From: Antedon mediterranea
Lineage: Eukaryota; Animalia; Echinodermata
DNA: 64,000 bases
Assembly (NCBI RefSeq): GCF_964355755.1
Contig: NC_092678.1
Location: 19,733,365-19,797,364 of the forward strand
Reading direction: 5' to 3'
A program made the translations under genes and the position numbers. Positions 40,680 through 54,822 of the stretch are shown one piece after another. Under the pieces are notes generated by a model. The model did no database searches. It was not told where the DNA came from and was given only the letters and a program-made list of their open reading frames with translations. How positions within the stretch are numbered: position 1 is the stretch's first letter; each line of letters begins with the position of its first letter.

Positions 40680-43600
40680 TTAATAACGAGAATGTGCAAC
40701 TGTCTGATATGATTTAATAAAGTTAATCTGCTGAGGTCTTCCAGCAATTGCTACGTCACCGGTCACTCCGGGGGCTTTCTCAAATTTATAATTCTGAATT
40801 AACCAGGTAAAGATGAGAAAGATCTGAGCCTTAGCTAATGCTTCCCCGACACACCCTCTACGACCGGTGGAAAACGGCAGAAAACTTGGGAGACGCTGTT
40901 TTACAGTGCATGTCGAATCCAAGAATCGCTCTAAGAAAAAAAAAGTAATACAGTATTAGGCCTTTTTGATAATTTTTTTTAATTAAAGGAATGGAAGTTT
41001 ATGAGATGAATATACGAAGATTTTATGAAAGCTGCCAAAACAGTAAATATTTTCATTCACGGTGGCGGATCTTGGATTTTGAATTAGTGTGGGTGGGGAT
41101 GGCCTGAAAACTAAAAAAGGCAAATTTTAGGTGCTGAAATGAAATGAGTGTTCTATCTTATGCATTGCGATTTAAAAAATGTAGGCGAAATTGACAAAAA
41201 TGAGTTGACTGTCTTGAATTAACCTATTGGTTATTTATATATCTTTAAAGTTGAAAATGTTGAATGAAAATGATTTATAGCCTAATTGTCTATTTTCTCC
41301 TCTCATAGGCTAGATAATTATCATTTTTACCTGGTTTGAACTTTTCCGGCGAATCCCAGTATTTTGAATCATTGTGAAGTGCCCAAGTATTTATGAAGAC
41401 CCACGTGTTTTCTGGCACCTTGTAATTGCCTTAAGAAAATATGACACACACATAATTATTAATGGCAATCAAACAAACCGATGTCAAATGATTTTTAAAC
41501 TTAACCATACTATATACTCTTAATTGATGATTTAAATATCAAAATTCAAGGACGTGGATGCTTACCAATTGTGCTGTCTTTAATAGCACAGTGGGGCAAG
41601 CTTAATGGGACAACTGTCCCGAATCTCATAGTCTCCATGATCACAGCCTCCGTGTACGGTAGCTTCCCGCGATCACCTAATTGTGGTGGCCTCTCTCCAA
41701 TGACGTCACCAAGTTCTTTTTTAATTTTCTCCTGAACATCCGGGTAGTCGATCATGCATGCAACAGCCCAAAGTAGTGATGATGTTGATGTGTCTGTACC
41801 AGCTACAAGATTTGTAATCAAAATACAATAATTAACTTTAGTATACATACAAACTTTATTACACCATCAAAGGGGAAAAAGAATCTTATAATTTCCACAT
41901 AAACTATGTGATGGCACTAGTAACAATCCGTTATGCGTGATTAAATACTAATGCAAAACATGCATAAATAGGAAGAAAGGATTCATTACGAGTACGGGTT
42001 GCAGACTGCATGTTGAATATATTATGTGGTGATGGCCGTTGCCACTACATACCTATCAACCAATGTATCTACATCCATAAATGAAACAAAAAAACAATTC
42101 TAAAACATACCAATAAATAGATCAGAAACAATCTGTTTGATATGCACGTCGGTTAATTTGCTGGCAGAACTATCTGTCTCTAGTTCATCTTTCTGAGTTT
42201 TTAATAGAAGTTCTATCACGTCATTTGCAGGTTCATCTAGAATAAAATTATCAATCTAACCTGTTATCATTGGTCTGAGTTAGCAATTGTATCTGAAGAT
42301 ACACATGCGTGTGTTCATGGTCTTATAATCGACGACCATTGTGTTCATAAAGATAACGATAATTCTTTCAATACCTGTAGAGTATGTTTTCAAATGTTGA
42401 TTCACTTCTGTCAAGATCATAGCTAGGAATTCTTTTGTCGCGTTTTGAAATATGTTCACTTGTTTACTTGGTAAAAATCGAGCAGCTGGAATAAAGTCAG
42501 CTAGGGTGCCGTTACCAAACGATCCATTTATTTCTTCGGATAACTTGATAAACCGAAGAAGATGAGGGTCCTTAAAGTTGTAACTAACAGAAAATGTAAA
42601 TATAGAAATAAGAATTCAGATGTTATTTCCTATATTAAATTTGATTAAATAATAGTCATAATAGCCTATTTGCATAATATTTTAACTTTGTCTTAACTTA
42701 CTCATGTCCAAAACACATAGAAGCAATGATGTTGTAGACTGCTAGTGTGATCACTTCCTTTGGATCAAAAGGTGTCCCAGCTTTGTCAGCAAAGACATCT
42801 CTAACTTTCGGTATTACCTCTTGTACCAAAGTCTCCAAATCTCCTGTAGCATATTTTCTGTAAGTAGGAATGTTTAAAAATAATCGTGAGACACCCGGAT
42901 TAGAAGAGGTAGATTGGTAGGCGAGGTAGAATGATAAGTGTTGAGAAAATGGACTATAACAAAAGACAACCACAAATAATGTGATGTTTGATCCTGTTTC
43001 ACAAATGTTGCACATATGCCATTTGATAATGTTTGTTTCACTAACCTAATAGCCGAATGCGCTAACTTGCGATGGAATTTCCAGGTTGGTGTGGGCTGAG
43101 CAAAAGCAATGTCCTTTCCATTATCAGTGAACCATTCAACTATAATAAAAGCCTTTTAACTTTAATAGTACCCAATTATCAGTAGAATATTTGCAGGTAA
43201 TGCAACATCGCATGTGCTCCACATGTAGGCCTATCGTCTATAACCTACAAACCCTTTACACAACCTTACATAATAGGCAACACGTGTGAAACACGTGACA
43301 TGTGTTATTTTTAAATATTTCTATGATAAAATATTGTAGCCTTTGCAGATAAAACACTTAGAATTGTGTACTGTAATTTTAAAGTAAAGGTGGTAGTCAG
43401 ACTTGCATTAAAAAGCATTTCAGTCATTAGCAACTCTAACTTTAATTGTATGTAAGAGACCCGCTTATCTGAAGCATAAGTTAATAATTTAGACCTGAAA
43501 AGACCACTTACAATTATACGAATAAGGACGTCCACTAAAGTCATTAAATTTGGTCAGTAAAGCCTCTTGCGTAAGTTCGTGGTTGTTGATGACAACTGTC

Positions 43601-44014
43601 CAAAAACTTCCAAATTTAACGGAAAAAATTGGTCCATACTTGAAGGTCATATCTCTAAATATGTTCCATGGTGGATTTTCTCCTATCAATGCTATAATGA
43701 AAAAAAAATATTGCTGCACAATAAGGATATCAAAATTGTAAAAATGACGTAATGAGGTAATGTAAGGAAAATATACACTTGTGTTGATTTAAAAAAAAAA
43801 TCTAAAGAGAATCACTCAATTATTATTTCCCAACATCATCCCATCTTCATCCAGCATTGATGTTATTATTGCACATGTTAGGCTTACATAAGACATTCCC
43901 TATGACAGGGTAAGGCGTTGGGCCAGATGGACGGCGAATGTTGAAATACATCCACGTTAACAACAAAATGACCAGCGCTAAGGCTAGCGACGTCGTAGTT
44001 GTACATTCGAACAT
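40680..44014 (-). CDS. Cytochrome P450, CYP17A-like; copy 5 (492 aa, 4-aa deletion in proline hinge)
   Basis: Exons 43888-44014, 43512-43691, 43046-43139, 42702-42857, 42375-42583, 42111-42236, 41566-41802, 41331-41429, 40680-40930 (1479 nt). Motifs AGTDT, ETMR, FSTGRRGCVG. Confidence 0.9.
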
Positions 44015-45493
44015 CCTAGAAGAAAAATAAATAGCCTACTATCTAAACATTCATACATAAATAAAAATAGTATAATCGTGTATAATCTGTTTTACATCAG
44101 GAAATTAATGAACATTTTTAGAAACTATTGCTGAATAAAATATTATTGAAACCATAACTTGTTCTCTTAAACATTAAAATCACTTTATTATCTCGACGAC
44201 AATAAACAAACATGTATACATCACTTGCTCTATCAAATGAATGCATTTGTGTAGGCTATGTCTACCCACTTTTTAGCAAATCATCATCATTGTAGGCCTA
44301 TTATTGAATTTGTTGTTATCACTAAACTGTGGGTTAAGGTTGGCAAAGCGTATACAACTATTTTAGGGGAAAAAGGTGGCGCGATGATGACGTGGGAGAG
44401 TTGCAATATGTCTATTCCAGTAGGCCTAAGCCTGAACTGTAAGCTCCGTAAAGGACCGTGTTTCGGTGTAGTAGTTTGGTAATGAATAGACATATTACAA
44501 GCGTTCACATTATTTGAACAATCTTATTTACTGCAGTATCCAACATACGTAATCCAAATTAGGATTTATGTCCTGCCACTGTACTGGACCCGTGCTTAAT
44601 TTAAACCAGTTTGAACTTACCAACGAACCCCGAACTATGCATTGAGTCACTTATACATACAAGGCAATCATGGTTACCTACAATAAACCAATTTAGTAAC
44701 CAGGCAACATGCATGCTTATGTGAATTACATGTTCGATTTAATTTTAGCAAAATACATTCGAGGATTTACGTTACCTTGTAATTCAAAGTTTTACTGGTA
44801 TAAACTTTACGACCTCTGTGTATGCTCATGCAGTACCGTAATATATGCAGTCGACTTTACAATAATGCCAATTTTGTTTTTATCAATACCGTCCTTTGAT
44901 ATTATCAGAATATACAAATACACGTATTTGTCACTGACACAGGTCAATGATAATTTTATTTGGCAAGTCTGTGAACAAAACATTGTGGAGGCACTTAATA
45001 GACTATATATTGACATACTCCATTTAAACATTGTGTCATAACAGTCGAGACACGTTTTACCTTAAGCCAATTTAACACTACTTGAATGTATTAGCATTAT
45101 TATGCATTTGTGGGTTAAACGTTCGGTCTACGTTTATTGTTCTGAAAGAAAACTCATTAAGGGAACTTTTTGTTTAGTAAAATTTATTTATGTGTTAGAA
45201 AATGTCGTAGAAAAATAGTATAAAAATAATAAATGCGAAACAAAAAATTTTTATTTGACCAGAAAGTCTCTAAATTCGAGCATTTAACTTGACAGTGTGT
45301 CGTATTTAGAATTTGAAAAGTATTTTTGAAAGTGTTCAATTCAATTCAACTTTATTTAACCACGGAGGACCAGATCGACACATGGTTGTTCTTCTCTGGG
45401 GCCGTGCACAAAAAAAAAATACAAATACAAATTCAACAAACAATGTTGAAACAGTCACGGGTTTGCAGGCCATCTAGAACAGTTCATTATAGT

Positions 45494-48400
45494 TTATGAT
45501 CTCGGATGTGCAACTGTCTGATAGGGCCTAGGAACGTTAAGCTGCTGAGGCTTCCCGGAGATTGCTGTGTCACCGGTCACTCCCGGAGCTTTCTCAAATG
45601 TATAGTTTTGAATTAACCAAGTAAAGATAAGGAAGATCTGAGCTTTGGCTAATACTTGTCCGACACACCCTCTACGACCGGTTGAAAATGGCAGAAAACT
45701 TGGGAAACGTTGTTTTACAGTGCATGTTGAATCCATGAATCGCTCTAAGAAAAAAAAAGGAATATTAGGCCTAGATAACTTAAAATGGACGTTTATGAGT
45801 TGAATATACGAATATTTTCTGAAAGATGCTTAAATATTTGTATTCATAGTGGCGGCCTAAAAATGCAAATTGTATGTGCCGAACTGAAATTAGTGCTGTG
45901 TCTTTTGCATTTACTATTTACAAAATTTAGGCGAAATTGACAAAAATGAGTTGACTGTGTTGAATTGAACTATTGATTATTCGTATAACATTAACGTTGA
46001 ATAGAACGATATTAGCAATGCCCCGTGATATGAAATTGAATGACAATGATGATACATGATTGATAACCTAATTGTGAATTTTTCCCCCGTTATACATAAT
46101 TATCATTTTACCTGGCTTGAACTTTTCCGGTGAATCCCAGTATTTTGAATCATTGTGAAGTGCCCAAGTATTTATGAATACCCACGTGCTTTCTGGCACC
46201 TTGTAATTTCCTTAAGAAAATATGCCACATAATTATAGAAATCAAAACACATAGGCGTCAAATGATTTTTAAACTTAACCATCAAACTATCTATACTCTT
46301 AATTGATTGTTTAAATATCAAAAATCAAGGACGTGGGGTGTTTACCAATTGTGGAGTCTTTAATAGCACAGTGGGGCAAGCTTAATGGGAAAACTGTCCC
46401 AAATCTCATAGTCTCCATTATCACAGCCTCCGTATACAGTAACTTCCCACGATCACTTAGCCGTGGCGGCCTGTCTCCAATGACGTCATCGAGTTCCTTC
46501 TTTATTTTCTCCTGTACATCCGGGTTGTCAATCATGTATGCAACAGCCCAAAGTAACGATGCTGTCGATGTTTCTATACCAGCTACAAGAATCAAATTAC
46601 AAAAATCAACATAACGTAAATGTAGACAAAGGGGACAAATAATCTTTTCACATAAACTTATGTGATGGCACTAGTTACAATCCGTTATGCGTGATTAAAT
46701 ACTAATGAATGACGTAATGCATAAATAGGAAAATGATTTGTTATGGTCGTTGCCGTTACCTACCAACCATTTACTTTAATGTACTGTATTAAAACATACC
46801 GATAAATAGATCGGATACAATCTGTTTGATATGCACGTCGGTTAATTTGCTGGCAGAACTATCTGTCTCCAGTTCATCTTTCTGAGTTTTTAAAAGAAGC
46901 TCAATCACGTCATTAGCAGGTTCATCTTAAAATGAATAACGAATTGTAAATCTAAGTTGAGTTAGCAATACTATGTGGATACGCATGTGAGTATTGTCAT
47001 GGTAATCTAACAACAGGACGACGCTGAGGTCACCTTGCCAAGACTCGATCATAATAGTCCTTTGATCTTATGTCTGGTTGCGACAAATACAAACAGTACT
47101 GTACTAAATGTACATATTTTCCGCGGCGCGGTTTCTGTAATCAAACATTTGGGGAAGCCAATTGGCCAATCAAAAAAAAAAATAGTCTTATAATCGACGG
47201 TCGTGTTTCTCAAGAAAACGAAAATTGTTTCCATACCTGGAGAATATGTTTTCAAATGTTCATTCACTTCTGTCAAGATCATAGCTAGGAATTCTCTTGA
47301 CGCTTTTTGAAATATGTTCACTCGTTTACTTGGTAAAAACCGAGCAGCTGGAATAAAGTCAGCTAGGGCGCCGTTACCAAATGCAGCATTCATTTCTTCG
47401 GATAACTTGATAAACCGAAGAAGCCGAGGGTCCTTAAAGTTGTAACTAACAGAAAATGTAAATATATGAAGAATTAAGAAATCAGATGTTTTTTCCTATA
47501 TCAAATTTGATTAAATGATAGTCGTTATAGCCTATTTGCTTAATATGTTAACATTGTCTTAACTTACTCATGTCCAAAGCACATAGAAGCAATAATGTTG
47601 TAGATTGCTAGTGTGATCACTTCCTTTGGATCAAATGGTGTCCCAGCTTTGTCAGCAAAGACATCTCTAACTTTCGGTATTACCTCTTCTACCAAAGTCT
47701 CCAAATCTCCTGTAGCATATTTTCTGTAAAGTAGGAGTGTGTAAACAAAAGCGCAGCTTTGGGCGCGAGACGCAGTTGATATGGGAGATAGACTGTTGGG
47801 TGTTGAAAAAGGACTATATAACAAACGGCAACCAATAACAAACATATCCGTATGTCATTATACGCCATTTAATAATGTTTGTTTTACTTACCTAATAGCT
47901 GAATTCGCTAACTTTCGGTGGAATTTCCAGGTTGGAGTAGGCTGAGCAAAAACAATGTCCTTTCCATTATCAGTGAACCATTTAACTATAATGAAAATAT
48001 TTTTACTTTAATAGTGCTCGATTATCAGAGTACTGTATATAGAGTACTCCAATGTCATAGGAAGGCCTATTTGGTAATATAACATCACATTTGTTTCATG
48101 AATATTCTACTATGCCTTAACCTAACATGATAAAAAACACCACATTTGAGACAAACATGCTTTATTACCAAATGTTGCTATGGTACTGGGAAAATATTGT
48201 AGTATGTGGAGATATAACACATTTTATTTCACCTTGGCGATGAAGACTTGACAAATGAGCTAATTTATTCATCTACGTAATAACTGCTAATTTAAATAAA
48301 GTACAGGTGCGCTAACAATTATTTCATTCATTGCAACTCTAACTATTCCTTTACAACTTTAACAATGCTCTATTTGTAGATAAGGAGATCCGCTTCCATT

Positions 48401-48994
48401 ATTTTTGTCCTGTCATATCTGAAGCATAAATCATGCATGCATGAAATTAGAAATTTATATAAAATACGGTATACAAAGAGACCACTTACGATTATAAGTA
48501 TAAGGACGTCCACTAAAATCATTAAATTTTGTCATTAAAGTCTCTTGCGCAAGTTCGTGGTTGTTGATGACAACTGTCCAGAAACTTCCAAATTTTACTG
48601 AAAAAATTGGTCCATACTTGAAGGCCATATCCCTAAACATGTTCCATGGTGGATTTTCTACTATCAATGCTATAAGGAAAAAATAGTGCTGCACAATTAG
48701 ATATTGAAATTGTATTAATGACGTAATTAAACAATGTAAGGAAAATATGCTTGTGATTTTGAAAGTCTAAACGATACATTTGATTATTATTTTCCATACA
48801 AATGTATCTTTATCCAACTTGATTATAGGCTACTTAAAGTACACGTGCTTACATAGAACATTCCACATGATAGGGTAAGGCGTTTGACCCGGCGGCAATC
48901 CAGATGGACGCCGAATGTTAAAATACATCCAGTACGTAAGCAACAGAATGACCAGCACTACGACTAGAGACGTAGTAGTTGTACACTCGAACAT
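45494..48994 (-). CDS. Cytochrome P450, CYP17A-like; copy 6 (497 aa)
   Basis: Exons 48853-48994, 48490-48669, 47892-47985, 47568-47723, 47237-47445, 46800-46925, 46346-46582, 46112-46210, 45494-45744 (1494 nt). Motifs AGIET, ETMR, FSTGRRGCVG. Confidence 0.9.
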
Positions 48995-50740
48995 CCTAGA
49001 AGAAAAATAAACAAGAAATATTTCTTACAAAAAAAGTCGCTCGACTTTTCGATGTAACCGTTTTAAATATTGTTCTTTCTTAAAATTTAAGAAACAATGA
49101 TGTATTATTTAGTTCAACAATCATTTGTTTTATTTTAGAACAAAGTCCCCGGCCTACTGATGTACAGAACAAAAATATAATATTAAACTAAACTATAGTA
49201 CTGTTCATATTCCGAGGTTGGAACGTACCACCAACATTCCAGTAAACAGCATTTTTAATTCCACAGAACCTTCGTAATACAGCCGTCGATAACTCACTAA
49301 TCAAACAATCTACACAAAACAAGGTCCCTGATACCATGGCTAAATCATTGTACTCCATGCTACACACACAATTCACCAAAACTTACCATAGAGGAAGGGT
49401 TTGACCATTATTCAATAATAATAATAATAATAAGATTTATAGAGCGCACATATCCACAAAGTGCTCAAGGCGCTTGTGAAAATGCAACCATGAATGATTA
49501 ATGCCTATACGTTGACTACTGTCTGTATACATCTCATAGACTCTATTCTCATGGATGTGCTTTAGGAGTTGAGTATGTCTATAGTAGTAAACAAACAGCT
49601 ACCGCGTGCTATCCGTTTCCCATGATTCCTATGGCGTAAGGTATCTAAACATTCTTATGTCACCGTCGGAACTCGTCCAGAAGGTTGAAATTAATTCTAA
49701 GTTAAATACCGAAGTTCCTAGTTCAGACACTGGAATATATAATACAAATTATAATAATAACATTATACAAAACTTAAAAATGGGGTCTGTCCGTACCCTA
49801 AAGTAACATTGGATGAGTATAGCAAATAGAGGATTTAAGTTACCTTGTAATTCAAAGTTTGACCGGTAGCTCTGTTGCAGTTCCTTTCTCTGTTTGAACA
49901 GTAGGCCTACCGAAATGTATGCAGTCGAAACAATAATATGAGACAATTTGTGAGAATGAGAAAAAGTCACTCCAGTGGTCTAGTGGGATGCAGGAGTGAT
50001 ATTGTTTTGAGCTTCTACCTGCAGTGTCCGTAAGCGCTAACTTACATTCAATAGCCACCATGTAATCCAGTATCACGATAACAATGACCAGTGCCAGTAA
50101 TACGTCATCAATGACACTGTACACACTATGCATTGTGAAGGCAATTAGTAATCTCAAATTATCCATTTTGTTTGTCACGATTGAAACGTTTCTCATTAAT
50201 ATACCAAATACGTACCTTTTATGTACAATAAACATGAGGTTAGATTAGTGAAGTCGTCAGAGGATTAATTCTATTATACCTTTAATATACGAAAATTAAC
50301 TATTTACTTGTTAAATAACGTTGCACAAATTATTACACCTACATATTATTTATACTTGTTTACGTCAGTAAACTTAATAAATTAATCTTCAATTTTCATT
50401 TTTTATCTGGTTTCCCAGTAACCACTACATTATATTTGAATTGAATCTTAACTTCCACTCCCTGCAATATTTAGCATGTTTAATATTTCAAATTCATTAT
50501 TAGCTAGCAAAACAAACATCATCGGCCCAAAGGAGCCCACCCATCCATGGAGGTACTCCATGACCCATCCATGAACCATTCATGTTTTATTTAACCAGAA
50601 TTAGAAAAGTTTCTTATTATTGGATTGAGCTCGATCATAACTGCACTGTGTTTCGGATTTATAATGTGAAAAAAGGTATTTTTTTAAGTGTTGAAACAGT
50701 CACGGGCTTGCAGGCCATCTGAACAGTCCATCATAGTTTA

Positions 50741-53700
50741 TTATCTCGGATGTGCAACTGTCTGATAGGGCCTAGGAACGTTAAGCTGCTGAGGCTTCCC
50801 GGAGATTGCTATGTCACCGTTAACTCCCGGAGCTTTCTCAAATGTATAGTTCTGAATTAACCACGTAAAGACGAGGAAGATCTCAGCCTTAGCTAATGCT
50901 TGTCCAACACACACTCTACGGCCGGCTGAAAAGGGCAGAAAACTCGGAAGACGTTGTTTTACCGAGCCATTGGTATCTAAGAATCGCTCTAAAAAAACAA
51001 AAAGACTTGAAATTTATCTTGTTTATTATCTTTTAGGTCTCTTTGTATTTTTAAGCGTTTCAGTACTGTATATTGCTTAGTTTTGTTTATTTGTTTTACA
51101 CTCATCACAGCGCAGCTTTTTTACCTGGTTTGAACTTTTCCGGCGAATCCCAGTATTTTGAATCATTGTGAAGTGCCCAAGTATTTATGAATACCCACGT
51201 GCTTTCTGGCACCATGTAATTGCCTGAAAGAATACGGACAGGGGACATTTCGTTCAATTTTGGGTTTTCTTGTAGAGATTGTATTAATTAATATGTGGAC
51301 AAAGAAGGTAGATATTTGTTCTATCTATTATAAAATAATATTATTAACAATAATAAAATCAGACTGATTAATGTACGTAGGCCCAACTGTGCCATGGTTA
51401 AGTATGATAGCGGCCTCGTCCAGAAACTCTTAAATAGGGTGCGAGAAATTCAAGGTGGTATTTACCAATTGTAGAGTCTTTAACAGCACAACGAGTCAAG
51501 CCTAAAGGTGCAACGGTTCCAAATCTCATAGTCTCCATGATCACAGCCTCAGTATATGGCAGCTTCCCACGATCGTTCAGTCGTGCTGGCCTATCTCCAA
51601 TGACGTCATCGAGTTCCCTTTTAATGTTTCCCTGTACATCCGGGTTGTCGATCACGCATGCGACAGCCCAAAGTAACGCGGCTGTTGTTGTGTCTGTACC
51701 AGCTACAGAAAATGTAGATTAAATACAAATTAATAATGTTTAGATACAAATTATAACTTCTACAAAATGGAAATGGAATCCCATCACTTTTACTGTCTTT
51801 TTAAAAGCTGTAGTTACTCTACGTTATCCAAGATTTTCTTTAGATTTTAAATTCAAACTGAACAAAATAATTAAATTCCGGCATATTCCCTCTGGTGGTT
51901 TGTTCCTCTAACCAATAAGCGACTTCGATAACTCCAAAGGGCGCGATATTGAAATAGTCAATCTTGACTTTTTTTTGTCACGATTAAATATGGCACCCTC
52001 TGGAGTTATCGAAGTCGCTTATAATAATCACATAGATATCACATATATCACATTGTCATTTAAGATCGTGAAGATATATCATTGTAGGCCTATAATAATT
52101 TCACATTGCTTTACAGGTAGTACCAACGGGAAACAATATACCAAAGAAAATGTCCGATGCAATCTGTTTGATATGCACATCTGTTAATTTACTTGCTGAG
52201 CTATCTGTTTCCATTTCATCTTTCTGAGTTTTTAAAAGTAGCTCAATCAGGTCATTTGCTGGTTCATCTATAATGAAAATAAATAACTAATACAATGAGA
52301 TGTTTATTAAGTGTCACAAAGAAAGGTAAGAGCTATTGGCCTATTTTTGTTGGTGCCCCCAGTCACTATATAAACTAAAATACAAATTCCATGATCTCAA
52401 AGATCCATTATGCGATTATAGATAAATATTATTGTTTAATGGTATGTGCCTTTTTTAAGCTCTGTTTACACTATCAAATCTTTATGTGATGTGCCTATAT
52501 ATGGACATGATGATGTCACTTTAGAACCATTAATGTGTATTGTTAGTGGACAAATAATTATGTTTATGTTTTCTAACGGTAGCCATGTGTAGGCCTACCC
52601 GTGTTGCCAAATCCCTTCTAAAATTCTAGAAAATCGTAGAATGTATTTATATACTACTGTGTAATCTCTAAGCATGCGCAGAATGGAAGTGGAGCTGTAG
52701 CTTGGTAGTCATGCTCGCCTTCCAACCCAAAGGTCCAATGTTTAATCATGACCTAGTGCATTGTAACTCACGACTCTCAATTCCACTCCCTAAGCCTCCA
52801 ATGAGACTTGATAAGCGTGATAAATAACAAAAATAGTATATCCACATTGTAATTGGCGAGTTACCCGGTGTTGGATGCGTATAAAATAAAAAATAAATAA
52901 AATAAAATTTACTGGTAGACCTACTTGAATAAGATAATAATTTCAATACCTGGAGAGTACGTTTTTAGATGCTGATTCACTTCCGTCAAAATCATAGTTA
53001 AGAATTCTGTTCCTGCTTTTTTAAGTCGGTTTACTTGTGGACTTGGTAAAAATCGAGCCGCTGGCACAAAGTCAGCTAGGGTGCCGTTACCAAATTCATC
53101 ATTTATTTCTTCTAATAACTTTACAAATCGAAGAAGTTGAGGATCTTTAAAATTATAACTAAAAAATGTAACATTTAAGTAGAATTAGAATGATGTGTTC
53201 TTCCGGTCATACAGCAGAAAACTAGACGATGGAGGATGGGTTATCTCCGGTTTTGTCTAGCACACACGTAGGCCTACCTCACCAACTAAAATGACTGTTT
53301 TACGGTGGAATAAATTCACAAATTGCGTATGCATCAGATGTAGGCCTGACCACCTCACCACCTAAAATGACCGTTTGTAGGCTGATGCTTTATTATGGCG
53401 GTATGAATTCACATGACATTCACATGACTTGGAATAAAATGCAAACAGCCTATATGTATATCTTTGCCCAAGCAAAATCTTTCTTAACTTACTCATGTCC
53501 AAAGCACATAGAAGCAACAACGTTGTAGACTGCCAATGTGATCACTTCCTTTGGATTGAATGGTGTCCCAGCTTTTTGTGAAAGAACATCTCTAATTTTT
53601 GGTCTCACCTCTTCTATCAAAGTCTCCAAATCTCCTGTAGCATATTTTCTGGAGGTTTAAAGATAAAGTTGTAAACAACAGCGGTGTTTTGTTAGCGGAC

Positions 53701-54822
53701 TGCCATTAGCTCTTTAACCGGAATAAAATTTTAAAAAATAAAATGGTTTTAGAGTAGGCCTATTTTGTTTTGTTTTAGTGTTGTTTTTATTTACTTTTTC
53801 CTCTGGTTTTATTTGTGTGTAGGCTTAAGTTTTATGGTAATTCTGAACGTAGGGAAATGTTAGTATCTCATTCTACAGAGTAGACTGGGGTTGTCGGGTC
53901 TCTCTAAATGACAGTCAAGTGTCCTAACCAATCGGCTACCCAACTCATATGTATATCATTTTAAGAAACATTTGTGGTAGTATTTAGGACTAACTTCAAT
54001 GTCACATAAACAAGCATTATACATAACCTGACAGCTGAATGTGCTAACTTTCGATGGAACTTCCATGTTGGTGTAGGCTGAGCAAAAGTGATATCCTTTC
54101 CGTTATCAGAAAACCAGTCCACTACAAACAATATATTATCGTACTTTATAAATCCATGCCACACACAAATAATATCAGTTTAAAAGATAAAAATGTACAT
54201 AGACATTTCTATAGACATAATAAGTTTCGAAATTACTTACAGAGGTGGGAAATCGGACGTCCACTAAAGTCGTTTGATTTTGTAAGCAACGCCTCTTGTA
54301 CGATTTCATAATTGTTTAAAACGACAGACCAATAATTACCAAATTTAATTGAAAAAATGGGTCCATACTTGGAGGTCATATCTTTAAACAATTCCCAAGG
54401 TGGGTTTTCTCCTATCAATGCTATATGAGAAAAAATAGTATTTTATGGTGAAAGATTAGAAAGAACTGTAACATACCATCAAATCACGGTAATCAGTTAG
54501 GGGAGGGGGGGGGGGGAATGGCACAATCAGCACTATGGTCATGTTACGAGAGTTGTCAAAAATATAGATTATTTGACTAAACTCCTAGAAAGTAGGAAGC
54601 CTTTTGCCATTTCCTCTTACTGTAATGTACAAATACCTCTATACCCTGCATATCATATCTTTGTAAAGTGCAAATGTTAGGCTTACTTGGAACATTCCCT
54701 AAGATAGGATAAGGTGTTGGACCAGGTGGCATTCCAAGTGGACGTCGAATGTTGAAATACATCCACGTAAGCAACAGAATGATCAGCACTACGGCTAGAG
54801 ACGTACTTGTACACTCGAACAT
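50741..54822 (-). CDS. Cytochrome P450, CYP17A-like; copy 7 (494 aa)
   Basis: Exons 54687-54822, 54241-54420, 54028-54121, 53493-53648, 52950-53158, 52142-52267, 51466-51702, 51125-51223, 50741-50988 (1485 nt). Motifs [19 protein letters not shown]. Confidence 0.93.
51915..52022. mobile_element. Small MITE in intron 6 of P450 copy 7
   Basis: 30-bp TIR ataagcgacttcgataactcca(a/g)aggg(c/t)gc with 2 mismatches. Confidence 0.75.

Noticed and set aside
52690-52750. tRNA-like sequence (ggagctgtagcttggtag...)
   Set aside because: A-box-like only, with a degenerate B-box and no cloverleaf; at most a decayed SINE head.
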